Positions 31,397-40,936 of a stretch of DNA of 64,000 bases are shown here, one piece after another. Below the pieces are notes generated by a model that saw only the letters and a program-made list of their open reading frames with translations, was not told where the DNA came from and did no database searches. Every line of letters begins with the position of its first letter. The stretch's first letter is position 1. This DNA is from Nitrospinales bacterium. GTDB lineage: Bacteria; Nitrospinota; Nitrospinia; Nitrospinales; VA-1. The stretch is from contig CBDCXL010000001.1 of NCBI GenBank assembly GCA_965223795.1, forward strand, positions 608,120-672,119. The letters are read 5' to 3'. A program made the translations under genes and the position numbers.

Positions 31397-31555
31397 TCAC
31401 TCCGTCTTCCCGTGACGGTCTTTTTGCTCCTGCATTTGCAGCGCCTTGTTTTTCATGATGACCCAGCGCTCATAGCCGCGGTCCACCGCCAGGATGAGCA
31501 GCAGCGCTCCCATCAGCCAGTAGAGCCAGAATCTTTTCTGAAACGCGTTTCTCAA
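31397..31555 (-). CDS. 52-aa single-TM small protein, not in ORF track
   Basis: TTG start after AAGGAAG; MRNAFQKRFWLYWLMGALLLILAVDRGYERWVIMKNKALQMQEQKDRHGKTE*. Confidence 0.6.
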   Translation of the reverse strand: MRNAFQKRFWLYWLMGALLLILAVDRGYERWVIMKNKALQMQEQKDRHGKTE

Positions 31556-31583
31556 TCCGCTTCCTTTTTAAATTCCCGCTTTT

Positions 31584-33032
31584 TCACTCCGGCTTTTCAA
31601 TTCCCAGCTTTTTCATGCGGTGCCACAGGGTGCTGTCCTTGAGGCCGAGCAGGCGCGCCGCGCCACGCGGACCGGAGATCTTCCAGTTGGTCTGCTCGAG
31701 CGCCTTGAGGATGTTGCTTTTGGTCAGCTCCTTCTGATCCTCCTCGCTGGCCACCGCCGCGCCCGTGGCGGGGGCGGGCTTGTGATTCTGCCCCGGCAGC
31801 AGCAGTTCGTCGAGGATGCGTCCGATCCCGGCTGTCTGTTTGCGGCACAGGATGACCAGCCGCTCCATCATGTTTTCCATTTCCCGCACGTTGCCCGGCC
31901 AGGGGTATTGCTTCAGACGGTCCCAGTCCTCGCGCGCGGGCCGGATGGGGGGCAGCTTGTATTTTTCGCAGAATTTATTGAGAAAATAGGTCCCCATCCG
32001 CTTCACGTCCTCGGCGCGCTCGCGCAGCGGCGGCACCTGGATGTGAAACACGTTCAGCCGGTAATACAGATCCTCGCGGAACCGGCCCGCCTCGATCTCC
32101 TGCATCAGGTCGCGGTTCGAGGCGGCGAGGATGCGCACGTCGGTGAACTGGGTCTCGCTCTCCCCCACCCGCTCGAACTGGTTTTCCTGCAGAACGCGCA
32201 GCAGCTTCCCCTGCAGATCGAGCGGGATCTCGGTGATCTCGTCGAGGAACAGCGTGCCCTTGTGCGCCAGTTGGAACCGCCCGACCCGGTCGCGCACCGC
32301 CCCGGTGAACGAGCCTTTGATGTGGCCGAAAAACTCGCTCTCGAACAGGTCGTGCGGGATGGCGGGGCAGTTGACCTTGACCAGCGGCGCGTTTCTTCTC
32401 AGGCTGCTTTCGTGGATGATGCGGGCGATGAGCTCCTTGCCGGTGCCGGTTTCCCCCTGGATGAGGACCGGTGCGTCGGTGTCGGCGACGAGGGCGATCT
32501 GTTCTTTCACTTTTTCGAGCGCCGGGCTTTCGCCGATCAGGTCCTTGCCGAACATCTCGCGGATTTCGCTTTTCAGGATGCGGTTTTCGGCTTCCAGCCG
32601 CGAACTCAACGACACGATCGTTTCAAAATCGGTCTTTTCCGGAAACTGGTCGTGGTTGAAGGCGACCAGCACCGGGGGACGGGTGTCGGGGAAATAATGA
32701 AAACGGAGCTGGGAGGCATGCGGTTTTCCGCCCCGGCCCGTGAGACGGGTTTCCAGGACGGCGGCCGCTTGCTTTCGGTTCAAGAGCGGCTGCAGCAGAC
32801 CGAACCAGGCATCGCGGGAGGTGTTCGGAGTCAGGGAGTCCCAGGTACGGCCCCGCACTTCCTCAGGATCGAGCCCCAGCCTGCCGGCGGCGCCGCCGCT
32901 GGCCTGCAGGATCTCCAGAGTCCCGGCGTCGAGGATGAAAATGTCGCCGGGGAACCGGTTCAGAATCTGATCGGAAATCGGTTCGGCTGTACTCGCTGTC
33001 GGTTTCGGGGCCATTCGCTTCGTCCGTCGCAC
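31584..33032 (-). CDS. Sigma-54-dependent transcriptional activator (PAS-like, AAA+, Fis HTH); start may be 33014
   Basis: GETGTGKE, ESEFFGHIKGSFTGA, LFLDEI, WPGNVREMEN, GAARLLGLKDSTL. Confidence 0.93.
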   Translation of the reverse strand: MRRTKRMAPKPTASTAEPISDQILNRFPGDIFILDAGTLEILQASGGAAGRLGLDPEEVRGRTWDSLTPNTSRDAWFGLLQPLLNRKQAAAVLETRLTGRGGKPHASQLRFHYFPDTRPPVLVAFNHDQFPEKTDFETIVSLSSRLEAENRILKSEIREMFGKDLIGESPALEKVKEQIALVADTDAPVLIQGETGTGKELIARIIHESSLRRNAPLVKVNCPAIPHDLFESEFFGHIKGSFTGAVRDRVGRFQLAHKGTLFLDEITEIPLDLQGKLLRVLQENQFERVGESETQFTDVRILAASNRDLMQEIEAGRFREDLYYRLNVFHIQVPPLRERAEDVKRMGTYFLNKFCEKYKLPPIRPAREDWDRLKQYPWPGNVREMENMMERLVILCRKQTAGIGRILDELLLPGQNHKPAPATGAAVASEEDQKELTKSNILKALEQTNWKISGPRGAARLLGLKDSTLWHRMKKLGIEKPE

Positions 33033-33196
33033 TCCTGTTCGCTCTGCCTCTAAATAAAACCCCTGATGACCAATGTCTGCCCCGCTCGGGGAAAAATCAA
33101 AATTTTTTTTAAAATTTTAAAAAATCAGCGGCCATCCTTTGCCGGCGCAAAAATCATATTTATTTGATTTTTTTGGCATTGGAGCGTTCCGGCAAT

Positions 33197-33213
33197 TTGG
33201 TACGTAACCTGCA
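33197..33213 (+). promoter_or_regulatory. Putative sigma-54 (-24/-12) promoter
   Basis: TTGGTACGTAACCTGCA = GG-N10-GC, upstream of the receiver gene and divergent from the activator gene. Confidence 0.55.
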
Positions 33214-33322
33214 TTTTATCAGGGCAAACGGGCCGCAAGGCCTCACGAACACGAAGCACGGTTTATTATTAACAACATTATCAATTGTTTTTGCAACCCA
33301 ATAATCAAAGAAAGGTTCCGCC

Positions 33323-33742
33323 ATGTCTCTCATTGAAAAAGTCAACAGCACTAAAGGCCGAATTCTCATCGTCGACGACGAAAAAGACGTCCGCGACGTT
33401 CTCAAAATGCAGCTCCTGTCCGAAAAATACGACATCATCGAGGCGGAAAATGGCGAGGAAGCGATCAATCTCATGAAAGAGGGCTCCAATCTGCTCCGCG
33501 TCGGCCTCATCATCTGCGACATTCGCATGCCCAAGGTGAACGGCGTGGAGGCGATCGAGTACCTGAAGCAGAACGCCCCTTCGATCCCGATCCTGGTGGT
33601 CACCGGTTACCCGGACACGGAAATGGCCTTGTCGCTGATCAAACGGGGTGTGAAGGATTACCTGGTCAAGCCGGTGAACAAGGAAGAACTGCTGAAAAAG
33701 GTGAAGAACATCCTGAGCGACCACGATTTCGAATACGCGTAA
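33323..33742 (+). CDS. Stand-alone response regulator receiver protein
   Basis: ILIVDDE, LIICDIRMPKVNG, VTGYPD, YLVKP; similar to 22925..23323. Confidence 0.92.
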   Translation: MSLIEKVNSTKGRILIVDDEKDVRDVLKMQLLSEKYDIIEAENGEEAINLMKEGSNLLRVGLIICDIRMPKVNGVEAIEYLKQNAPSIPILVVTGYPDTEMALSLIKRGVKDYLVKPVNKEELLKKVKNILSDHDFEYA

Positions 33743-33773
33743 TGTGTCAGCGGGTTCGAATCACCATATAAAA

Positions 33774-33810
33774 GGCGGTGGGGGAGGCAACTCCCCCGCC
33801 GTTTTTTTTT
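33774..33810 (+). terminator. Rho-independent terminator
   Basis: GGCGGTGGGGGAG-GCAA-CTCCCCCGCC followed by a T-run. Confidence 0.75.
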
Positions 33811-33834
33811 GCGCTTTACTATTCTGCGGCCCCA

Positions 33835-34443
33835 TCAACCCGCCAGAAAATCGGCGACCGCCTGTTTCCCGCCTTTGAGGACCGGCTCGCCGTCCCCCAA
33901 CAGCAGCGCGTCGAATTCGTAGCCGCTGAGCTTTGCAAGCCCCTTTTTGGCGAGGGCGATGTCCTTGAACTTGTCCGGCGGCAGCTGCCCGAGCTTGTCT
34001 TTGCGGATGAGCGCGTCGCCCACGATCAGGGCGTTCCGCTCTTTAAAGTAGAACGCGCACTCGCCGGGGGATTTCTGATCCTTGAGATGCACGACCTCGA
34101 GGCCGCAGAACAGCCTGTCGCCGTCCCTGAAAGTGCCGTCGGCCTTGAAATCCAGCAGCGGGCTGTCGTTTTCGTGGATCAGTATGGGCGCCGAGAAGGT
34201 TTCCTTGAAGCTGCGGCTGTTTCTGTCGTGGTGGACATTGCTCAACAGAATGGCTTTCACGGGCGGCCCGTTTTTCACTTTGGCCTGGAGTGCGTCGAGG
34301 GCTTCGTGATCCAGACCGGGCGGGTCGATGATCACCGATTCGCCCTGGGCGGCGATGTGATAGCCGTTGAAGTTGAGCTGTTTCTCCAGCGAAAACTCGG
34401 ACCAAGTGGTGACGTTGGGCAGGATTTCCTTGAGTGCGGACAT
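33835..34443 (-). CDS. Metallo-beta-lactamase-fold hydrolase-like protein
   Basis: VIIDPP, LLSNVHHDR, ILIHEND, KSPGE, IVGDAL, LLLGDGEP; metal motif is degenerate. Confidence 0.75.
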   Translation of the reverse strand: MSALKEILPNVTTWSEFSLEKQLNFNGYHIAAQGESVIIDPPGLDHEALDALQAKVKNGPPVKAILLSNVHHDRNSRSFKETFSAPILIHENDSPLLDFKADGTFRDGDRLFCGLEVVHLKDQKSPGECAFYFKERNALIVGDALIRKDKLGQLPPDKFKDIALAKKGLAKLSGYEFDALLLGDGEPVLKGGKQAVADFLAG

Positions 34444-34444
34444 A

Positions 34445-34990
34445 TCAGGTTTCCTCATCGTGTATGTAAACCAGAGGGTGCATCCAGACAATGTGGTCCG
34501 GGTGCACCAGAATCATGTTTTCGGGATCGCCGAGCGGAATGAAGTACAGCCTCCTGTGAATGGAATCGGCGATGGGCGACTGGCGGCTGCCGGGGATGTG
34601 CAGCGGCGTCGGCGTCATGAATCGCTTGCGCCTGTCCTGAGCCCAGTCGAAGGGCCTGTCCTGTGCCGACCCGCTGCCGCCCCCTTCGCTCGTATCCGGC
34701 GGGGTTTCGCTTTTCACGAACCGGCACAGCAAGGGCTCCGCGTTTTTTCTGCCAAGACAGAAGATCGACTTTGGGCTTTCGCGTTCGCTCGTGGAAAACA
34801 CAGCGATCGCGCCCGGCTTTAAGTTCGATGCGGCGGTACGTTCGTCGATGCGGACACCGTAGCCGTTTTCCACGCAAGCGGTGATTTCGATACGCGGCCA
34901 GTTGCTTTTATTAAACGTATCTTCGCTGAACGGACGGCCGCCGGTGAATGCCGTGAGGGAAACGAGGGGAATGGTTTGCGTGGCCGTCAT
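34445..34990 (-). CDS. Hypothetical protein containing an in-frame REP-like insertion
   Basis: Stop lies 1 nt before the next gene start; internal GGGSGSAQDRPFDWAQDRR segment is encoded by repeat DNA. Confidence 0.65.
   Translation of the reverse strand: MTATQTIPLVSLTAFTGGRPFSEDTFNKSNWPRIEITACVENGYGVRIDERTAASNLKPGAIAVFSTSERESPKSIFCLGRKNAEPLLCRFVKSETPPDTSEGGGSGSAQDRPFDWAQDRRKRFMTPTPLHIPGSRQSPIADSIHRRLYFIPLGDPENMILVHPDHIVWMHPLVYIHDEET
34630..34670. repeat. REP-like repeat inside CDS
   Basis: GCCTGTCCTGAGCCCAGTCGAAGGGCCTGTCCTGTGCC; related to 53747..53801 and 17981..18016. Confidence 0.65.
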
Positions 34991-35161
34991 GATTGCACTT
35001 GCTGTGAGATGCAACACATCGCCCGCGGCCGCGCCTGCCGCAGTCCGCCGGGCGTTTGCTATTTGAGGGCATCATTTTACACCCATGTTTTCCATTTAAT
35101 GAGAAAATACTTTTTTGAGCCAAACACGCGACGAACCGGATTGTGAGGAGACTCCATCAGC

Positions 35162-36454
35162 ATGCCGTCAACCGCCCTGCAGGAGGCGCTGGATTATCTC
35201 TACGGCCTGACCGCCAACGGGATCAAGCTCGGCCTGGACACCACCCGGCAGCTGCTGCGGCATTTCGGCGATCCGCATCTGAAGACGCGGACGATCCACA
35301 TCGCCGGCACCAACGGCAAGGGATCGACGGCGGCGTTCACCGATTCGATCCTGCGCGCCGCCGGCAAACGGACCGGGCTGTTCACCTCGCCGCATCTGCT
35401 GAACTTCAACGAACGCATCCGCGTCGACGGCGTGCCCATTCCCGAAGCGCGGCTGGTGCACCACCTTTCCCGCATCCGTGAAGCGGCGGAAACGCTCGAT
35501 CTGCCGGTGACGTTTTTTGAATGCGGCACGGTGCTGGCCTTCCTGCATTTTCTCGATTGCAAAACCGAATGGAACGTCGTGGAGGTGGGGATGGGCGGCC
35601 GGCTCGACGCCACCAACCTGTGCGAGGCGGAGATTGCCATCATCACCTCGATCGGCCGCGACCACACGGCGCAGCTGGGCGAGGACCTGAAACAGATCGC
35701 CTATGAAAAGGCCTGCATCATCAAGCCGCGCAGCACGGTGTTCACGCATGTCGAAGACGAATCGGCGTTTGGCGTGATCCAGGAAATGGCGGCGCAGAAA
35801 AAGGCCACGCTCAAACACTTCGGCGCCGATTTCAACGCCCGTTCCCGTTCGCGCTCCCTGCGCGGCCAGACGATCGATTATTCAAACGAAACCATTCAGC
35901 TTAATGATGTGACGGTGCCGCTTGCGGGATCGCATCAGGTGAGCAACGCGGCGCTCGCCCTGTCCGCCTGCCTGCACGCGCTCGGCGCGGATGCAAAGCA
36001 GGACGCCCTGCGCCGCGGCCTGGCCGCGACCCGCTGGGAAGGACGCCTGGAAGTGGTGCGCGAAAACCCGACGGTGCTGCTGGACTGCGCCCACAACCCG
36101 GACGGCATGCGCACGCTGGTGCAGACGGTGCGCGAGTGCGTCCCGCATTCCCGCTGTGTGGTGGTGCTGGGCCTCATGCGCGACAAGGAACACGCGGAAA
36201 TGCTCAAAATCCTTTCACCCATCGTGGACCATTTGATTCTGACGCGGCCTTCGCAGGAACGAAGCGAAGCGCCGGAACGCATTCAAACCCTACTTTCGGA
36301 CTGGCAAAAACCCATTGATATTGCGGAACAAATTCCCTATGCTTTGAAAATTGCCCGGGATATCGCAATGCCGAACGATCTGCTTTGCGTCACGGGCTCC
36401 ATCTTCACCGTATCGGAAGCCAAAGCGTTCTTTGCCGATGAAGCGTTTCATTAA
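35162..36454 (+). CDS. folC: Bifunctional folylpolyglutamate synthase/dihydrofolate synthase
   Basis: HIAGTNGKGST, FTSPHL, EVGMGGRLDATN, WEGRLE, LDCAHNPDG, VTGSIF. Confidence 0.95.
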   Translation: MPSTALQEALDYLYGLTANGIKLGLDTTRQLLRHFGDPHLKTRTIHIAGTNGKGSTAAFTDSILRAAGKRTGLFTSPHLLNFNERIRVDGVPIPEARLVHHLSRIREAAETLDLPVTFFECGTVLAFLHFLDCKTEWNVVEVGMGGRLDATNLCEAEIAIITSIGRDHTAQLGEDLKQIAYEKACIIKPRSTVFTHVEDESAFGVIQEMAAQKKATLKHFGADFNARSRSRSLRGQTIDYSNETIQLNDVTVPLAGSHQVSNAALALSACLHALGADAKQDALRRGLAATRWEGRLEVVRENPTVLLDCAHNPDGMRTLVQTVRECVPHSRCVVVLGLMRDKEHAEMLKILSPIVDHLILTRPSQERSEAPERIQTLLSDWQKPIDIAEQIPYALKIARDIAMPNDLLCVTGSIFTVSEAKAFFADEAFH

Positions 36455-38651
36455 TGCCGCACTCATCCTGCTCGGGGTTTTCTGCCTCGCGGCTCCGGGC
36501 TTTTCTCAGGACGCGCCTCCCCCTCCCTCCCCTTCCCAGAATCAACAACCGGTCGATGTGACAGCGGAACACGTGGTGCAGGACGGACAGAAAGACATCG
36601 TCCGGGCCTGGGGCAATGTGGTGGTGCGGTTCGGCGACCGGGTGCTGCGCGCCGACAAGGTGCAGATCGACAACAAGACGGGCATGGGCGAGGCGATGGG
36701 CAACGTGGTGGTGACGCAGAACGACGGCACCGAGATCCATTCCACCCGCAGCCGTTTCAACACCAAGTCGCACAAGGGGAAAGCTTACGACATCAACGGA
36801 CGGGTCGCGCAAATCTACCGGATCAAAGGCAAGGAAGTGATGCGGATGTCGCCCACGCATTACAAGCTCAAGGACTCTTACCTCACCACCTGTTCGGGCA
36901 AGCTGCCGAAATGGTCCTTCAAAAGCAGCAAAATGGATCTGCGCGTGGGCGATCGGGCGCTGTTCACCGGCGGCGTGTTCCGGGTGCTGGACTTTCCGAT
37001 CATGTACCTGCCCATCGGCTATCTGCCCATCAACCGGGAACGCAAAAGCGGATTCCTCATTCCCAAGTTCGGCCTCAGCAATACCGACGGCTTCACCTTC
37101 AAGCCGATCTATTACTGGGCCATCAACCGCTGGTCGGACGCGACGGTGGCGGTGGAATACCTGGAAAAACGCGGCGTGCGGCCGGAGCTGGAATACCGCT
37201 ACATTCCGAGCCGTTACACATTCGGCGAATTCAACGGAACGTTCCTCGACGACAGGAAAACCGGCGGCCAGTTCTGGAAAGTGAACTGGAAGCATGAACA
37301 GCGAAAGCTGCCTCTGGGATTCAAGTTCAAAGGCAAGCTGGACATCGAAAGCGACAACAGCTTCAACAAAACCTTCGAGGACAACACCGATCTCAGGACC
37401 CGGCGCAATTCGGACTCGTTCGCCTCACTCAACCGCAGCTGGTCCAGCAGCACGCTCGACATCCTGACGCGCTACCGGGACAGCACGCAGGACGGGCGCG
37501 ACGACCTGTTCGGGCAACTGCCGCAGGTCACCTTCAAAACCCAGCGGCGGCCGATCGGCAACAGTTATTTCTATTTCAACCAGGACACGTCGTTCACCTC
37601 GTTTCTCATCGATCTCGACACCAGCCCGATCAACGACGACACGTTTTCGGTGCAGCGGTTCGATTTTCACCCGCAGGTCTCGCGCCCCATTCCGCTCGCC
37701 TCCTGGCTGTCGCTCACGCCGACGCTCGGCTGGCGGTCCACGTTTTACAGCAAGGGCCTGAGAACCGGCAACGAGCGCACCGACGGCTTCTCGCGCGAGC
37801 TGTTCGACGTCTCGGCGGCGCTGGAAGGGCCCAAGATCAACAAGGTGTTTCAGCGCAGCGCCTCTTCCAAGATCAAGCACGTCATCGAACCGCGCGTCGT
37901 TTATACTTACATTCCGGCCATCGATCTGGACGACCGCCGCAAAATCCGCGAGATCGACGCCACCGACGACATCGAATCCCAGAGCCGCTTCACCTATTCG
38001 CTGACCCAGCGGCTGCTCAGTAAAAACGTGTTCGCCAACGACGAATTCTCGATCCGCGAAATCCTGCGGTTTGAAGTGAGCCAGAGTTATGATATTGCTG
38101 AAGCCACACGCGACCCGCGGGCGGGGACGGAGCTGAACCCGTTCTCGGTCGTCCGCTTCGATTTCGACAGCCGGCTGTTCGAGCCCTTCCTGTTCAATTT
38201 CGACAGCGAATTCGATGTCGAGGACGGGGCGTTCAACACGTTCAACTTCGAGGTGGGCATCAAGCCCTGGCGCAACGTGTCCTTTTTCGTGGAACGGCGT
38301 TTCGCGCGCGAGTCGGTGCAGAGGCAGGTCGGCAGCATCACCGAGGTCAACGTCGACGCGACGCAGTTCCTCACGGGATCGCTGTACTGGGCGTTCGCGA
38401 AAGGCTGGCAGGCGCAGGCCACCACGCGGTACGATGAACTGAGGAAAACGTTCCGCGAGAACGATTTCAGCATTTCCTACGACGATCCGTGCGAATGCTG
38501 GGGCTTCGCCTTCGACCTGATCCAGCGCAGCATCATTTCGGGAGACGTGGACCAGAACGAGACGAAATTTTTGCTTTCCCTGACGCTGCGGGGCATCGGC
38601 ACGGAAAAATTCGGCAGACGGGACATCCAGCACATCCACCGCAGATTTTGA
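36438..38651 (+). CDS. lptD: LPS-assembly outer-membrane protein LptD
   Basis: Signal peptide, OstA-like N-domain, YLTTC...PKW, ERKSGFLIP, KHVIEPRVVY, CECWG. Confidence 0.88.
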   Translation: MKRFINAALILLGVFCLAAPGFSQDAPPPPSPSQNQQPVDVTAEHVVQDGQKDIVRAWGNVVVRFGDRVLRADKVQIDNKTGMGEAMGNVVVTQNDGTEIHSTRSRFNTKSHKGKAYDINGRVAQIYRIKGKEVMRMSPTHYKLKDSYLTTCSGKLPKWSFKSSKMDLRVGDRALFTGGVFRVLDFPIMYLPIGYLPINRERKSGFLIPKFGLSNTDGFTFKPIYYWAINRWSDATVAVEYLEKRGVRPELEYRYIPSRYTFGEFNGTFLDDRKTGGQFWKVNWKHEQRKLPLGFKFKGKLDIESDNSFNKTFEDNTDLRTRRNSDSFASLNRSWSSSTLDILTRYRDSTQDGRDDLFGQLPQVTFKTQRRPIGNSYFYFNQDTSFTSFLIDLDTSPINDDTFSVQRFDFHPQVSRPIPLASWLSLTPTLGWRSTFYSKGLRTGNERTDGFSRELFDVSAALEGPKINKVFQRSASSKIKHVIEPRVVYTYIPAIDLDDRRKIREIDATDDIESQSRFTYSLTQRLLSKNVFANDEFSIREILRFEVSQSYDIAEATRDPRAGTELNPFSVVRFDFDSRLFEPFLFNFDSEFDVEDGAFNTFNFEVGIKPWRNVSFFVERRFARESVQRQVGSITEVNVDATQFLTGSLYWAFAKGWQAQATTRYDELRKTFRENDFSISYDDPCECWGFAFDLIQRSIISGDVDQNETKFLLSLTLRGIGTEKFGRRDIQHIHRRF

Positions 38652-38659
38652 GGAACCCT

Positions 38660-39316
38660 GTGAGCGTGAACAACGAACTGGCGCAAATCACCATGGAGAT
38701 CGGCGCCGTCAAGATCAACACCGAGGCCCCGTTCACCTGGGCGTCGGGTTACCGCATGCCGGTGTACAACGACAACCGCATGCTTCTGGGCGATGCGGCG
38801 CACCGGGAACGGGTGACGGACGGCTTTGCGGCGGTGCTTGAGCAAAACGGAATCAAGCCCGATGTGGTGGCGGGGACGGCGACCGCGGGCATCGCCCCGG
38901 CCACCGGGCTGGCGAACCGGCTGAAACTGCCGTTGATCTACGTCCGCCCCGCGGCCAAAGAGCACGGCATGAAAAACCGAATCGAAGGGATTTTAAAGCC
39001 CGGTCAGCAGGTGGTGCTGGTGGAGGATGTGGTTTCCACGGCGGGCAGCGCCCTCAACGCGGTGGAGGCCATTCGCCAGGCGGGTGGACAGGCGGATCAC
39101 TGCCTGGCCATTTTCGAATACGGGTTTCCTGAGGCGAAAGAACTGTTTTCAAAGGCTCAATGCGAGCTGCACCGGCTGCTGTCCTTTGCCGATCTGCTGC
39201 AGCACCTGGAAAGCAACGGCGCCCTGATGCCGGACCAGCTCACCTCGCTGCGGGAATGGTATCGCTCCCCGTTCACCTGGGCGGAAACCCGCGGCTTTCC
39301 GCGAAAACGCTCCTGA
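38660..39316 (+). CDS. pyrE: Orotate phosphoribosyltransferase
   Basis: FTWASGYRMPVYNDNR, GTATAGI, KEHGMKNRIEG, LVEDVVSTAGS. Confidence 0.93.
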   Translation: MSVNNELAQITMEIGAVKINTEAPFTWASGYRMPVYNDNRMLLGDAAHRERVTDGFAAVLEQNGIKPDVVAGTATAGIAPATGLANRLKLPLIYVRPAAKEHGMKNRIEGILKPGQQVVLVEDVVSTAGSALNAVEAIRQAGGQADHCLAIFEYGFPEAKELFSKAQCELHRLLSFADLLQHLESNGALMPDQLTSLREWYRSPFTWAETRGFPRKRS

Positions 39317-39512
39317 CCGGAACAGGCTGAAAAATGCTTCGTTTCCGCCCGCAAAATGGCGCAATAGTGATTGACACTTCAGGTGTTTGATACTAATATG
39401 ATCGATTCTTGAATGCAGGACAGCCAACCGTCCGCCCGCAGGGAACTGCACCCCTGCCGGTTCGGGCGATAGAATTTTGACAACAAATTGACTGAATGGA
39501 GGTTTTCTCAGG

Positions 39513-40232
39513 ATGGGCAAATTAAAAGTGGGTCCTATTGGCTTGCTCCCCCCTTCTGCTGCCATGCAAGGGATCTTTCAACCCGAAAAGGGGTCGGGCT
39601 ACGAACTGGTTGAGGGAGAGCACGTTCCCACGGATGAGGCCATCAAAATCGCGGCCCGCAAGCTGCTGACCTTGCGCAACCCCACTCTGTTTCCGGGTCC
39701 GATGATCGTCTGGGGCTGGAACGAGGAAACCATTCACAAGGCGGATCTGGCCAAGAAGCTGGTGGATGAAGTGCCGGGCATGAACATCATTCCCATGCCG
39801 GACTACCGGCCGATCTATCCCAAAATCGACCCGGAGGCCGTGATCAACCCCTGTCACCCCAACCTGACGATCCAGCACAACAAGATCCATGTCTGTGTGC
39901 TCATCGGGGTGCACTGTCATTTCGCCAACATCACCCTGAAGATGATCCGCGCCAACACCAACTGCTACACCACGGCCTTCTGCGCCTACGACGGGCATGA
40001 AGACGCCCTGATCTCGTTCCGCGACCTGGATTCTTCCAAGCTGGAAAAAATCACCCAGGCGGTGCGGGACGCGAAAAAGGAAGGCGTCGAGCCCTGGGCC
40101 TACACCAAAGAAGGCAAGGAAGAGCTGGCTGAGATCAAGGCCGCCAAGGACAAGCGTGCGGAATTGACCAAGGACAATGTCGATCTGTTCATGGCCGATC
40201 TCGAACAGGGCCTGGACGAAAACGCAGAATAA
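39513..40232 (+). CDS. Epsilon subunit (PorE/ForE-like) of five-subunit 2-oxoacid:ferredoxin oxidoreductase
   Basis: PTLFPGP, PMPDYRPIYPKIDPEAVINPCHPNLTIQHNKI, GVHCHFANITLKMIRANTNC, GHEDA. Confidence 0.8.
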   Translation: MGKLKVGPIGLLPPSAAMQGIFQPEKGSGYELVEGEHVPTDEAIKIAARKLLTLRNPTLFPGPMIVWGWNEETIHKADLAKKLVDEVPGMNIIPMPDYRPIYPKIDPEAVINPCHPNLTIQHNKIHVCVLIGVHCHFANITLKMIRANTNCYTTAFCAYDGHEDALISFRDLDSSKLEKITQAVRDAKKEGVEPWAYTKEGKEELAEIKAAKDKRAELTKDNVDLFMADLEQGLDENAE

Positions 40233-40287
40233 GGCACTTAAATTAGCTACTTAGGATCTAGTTCCTAAACTGGATTCTTGATTTATC

Positions 40288-40320
40288 AAGGGCTTCCCGT
40301 ACCGGGAAGCCCTTTTTTTT
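40288..40320 (+). terminator. Rho-independent terminator
   Basis: AAGGGCTTCCCG-TAC-CGGGAAGCCCTTTTTTTT. Confidence 0.85.
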
Positions 40321-40561
40321 GTCGCCTTTCTCCCCTATTCTCCTGATTCTGGGACCGCCCCCCTAAAGCCCCGTTTTCCCTTTTTTCTTCTTCATTTACT
40401 TTTTACATTGAATAACACTGATATATCCATTAGCCTGTATATATCATTGAAATCTATATGAGTATTCTTCTCCCGGGGCATCCGGGAGCGTTTGTCGCTT
40501 TAAACATACCCCAAACCAGGGACTGAGACTTGTCCCACTTGTCATTTTTCAGGAGGTTTTT

Positions 40562-40933
40562 GTGCGTGCTCTGGTGATTGACGATTCAAAAGCCATCCGG
40601 CTCATCCTCGGGAAAATCCTCCAGGATATCGGCTTCGAAGTGACTGGAGCGGCCAACGGGGTCGAAGCTCTCAAGGAGCTGAAAGCCGCCGGAAAGATGG
40701 ACCTGGCTCTGGTGGACTGGAACATGCCCGAAATGAACGGGTACGAATTCGTTCAGGAAGTCCGCAAGGACAAGGCTTACGACGACCTGCCCCTGATGAT
40801 GGTGACCACGGAGACCGAGATGTCCCAGGTGGTCAAGGCATTGGAAGCCGGTGCGAACGAATACGTGATGAAGCCGTTCACCAAGGAAATGATCCTCGAA
40901 AAGCTGTCCATGATCGGCATCGCTACCGGGTGA
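40562..40933 (+). CDS. cheY: Chemotaxis response regulator
   Basis: ALVIDDS, LVDWNMPEMNG, MVTTE, YVMKPF; first gene of che cluster. Confidence 0.88.
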   Translation: MRALVIDDSKAIRLILGKILQDIGFEVTGAANGVEALKELKAAGKMDLALVDWNMPEMNGYEFVQEVRKDKAYDDLPLMMVTTETEMSQVVKALEAGANEYVMKPFTKEMILEKLSMIGIATG

Positions 40934-40936
40934 TCC

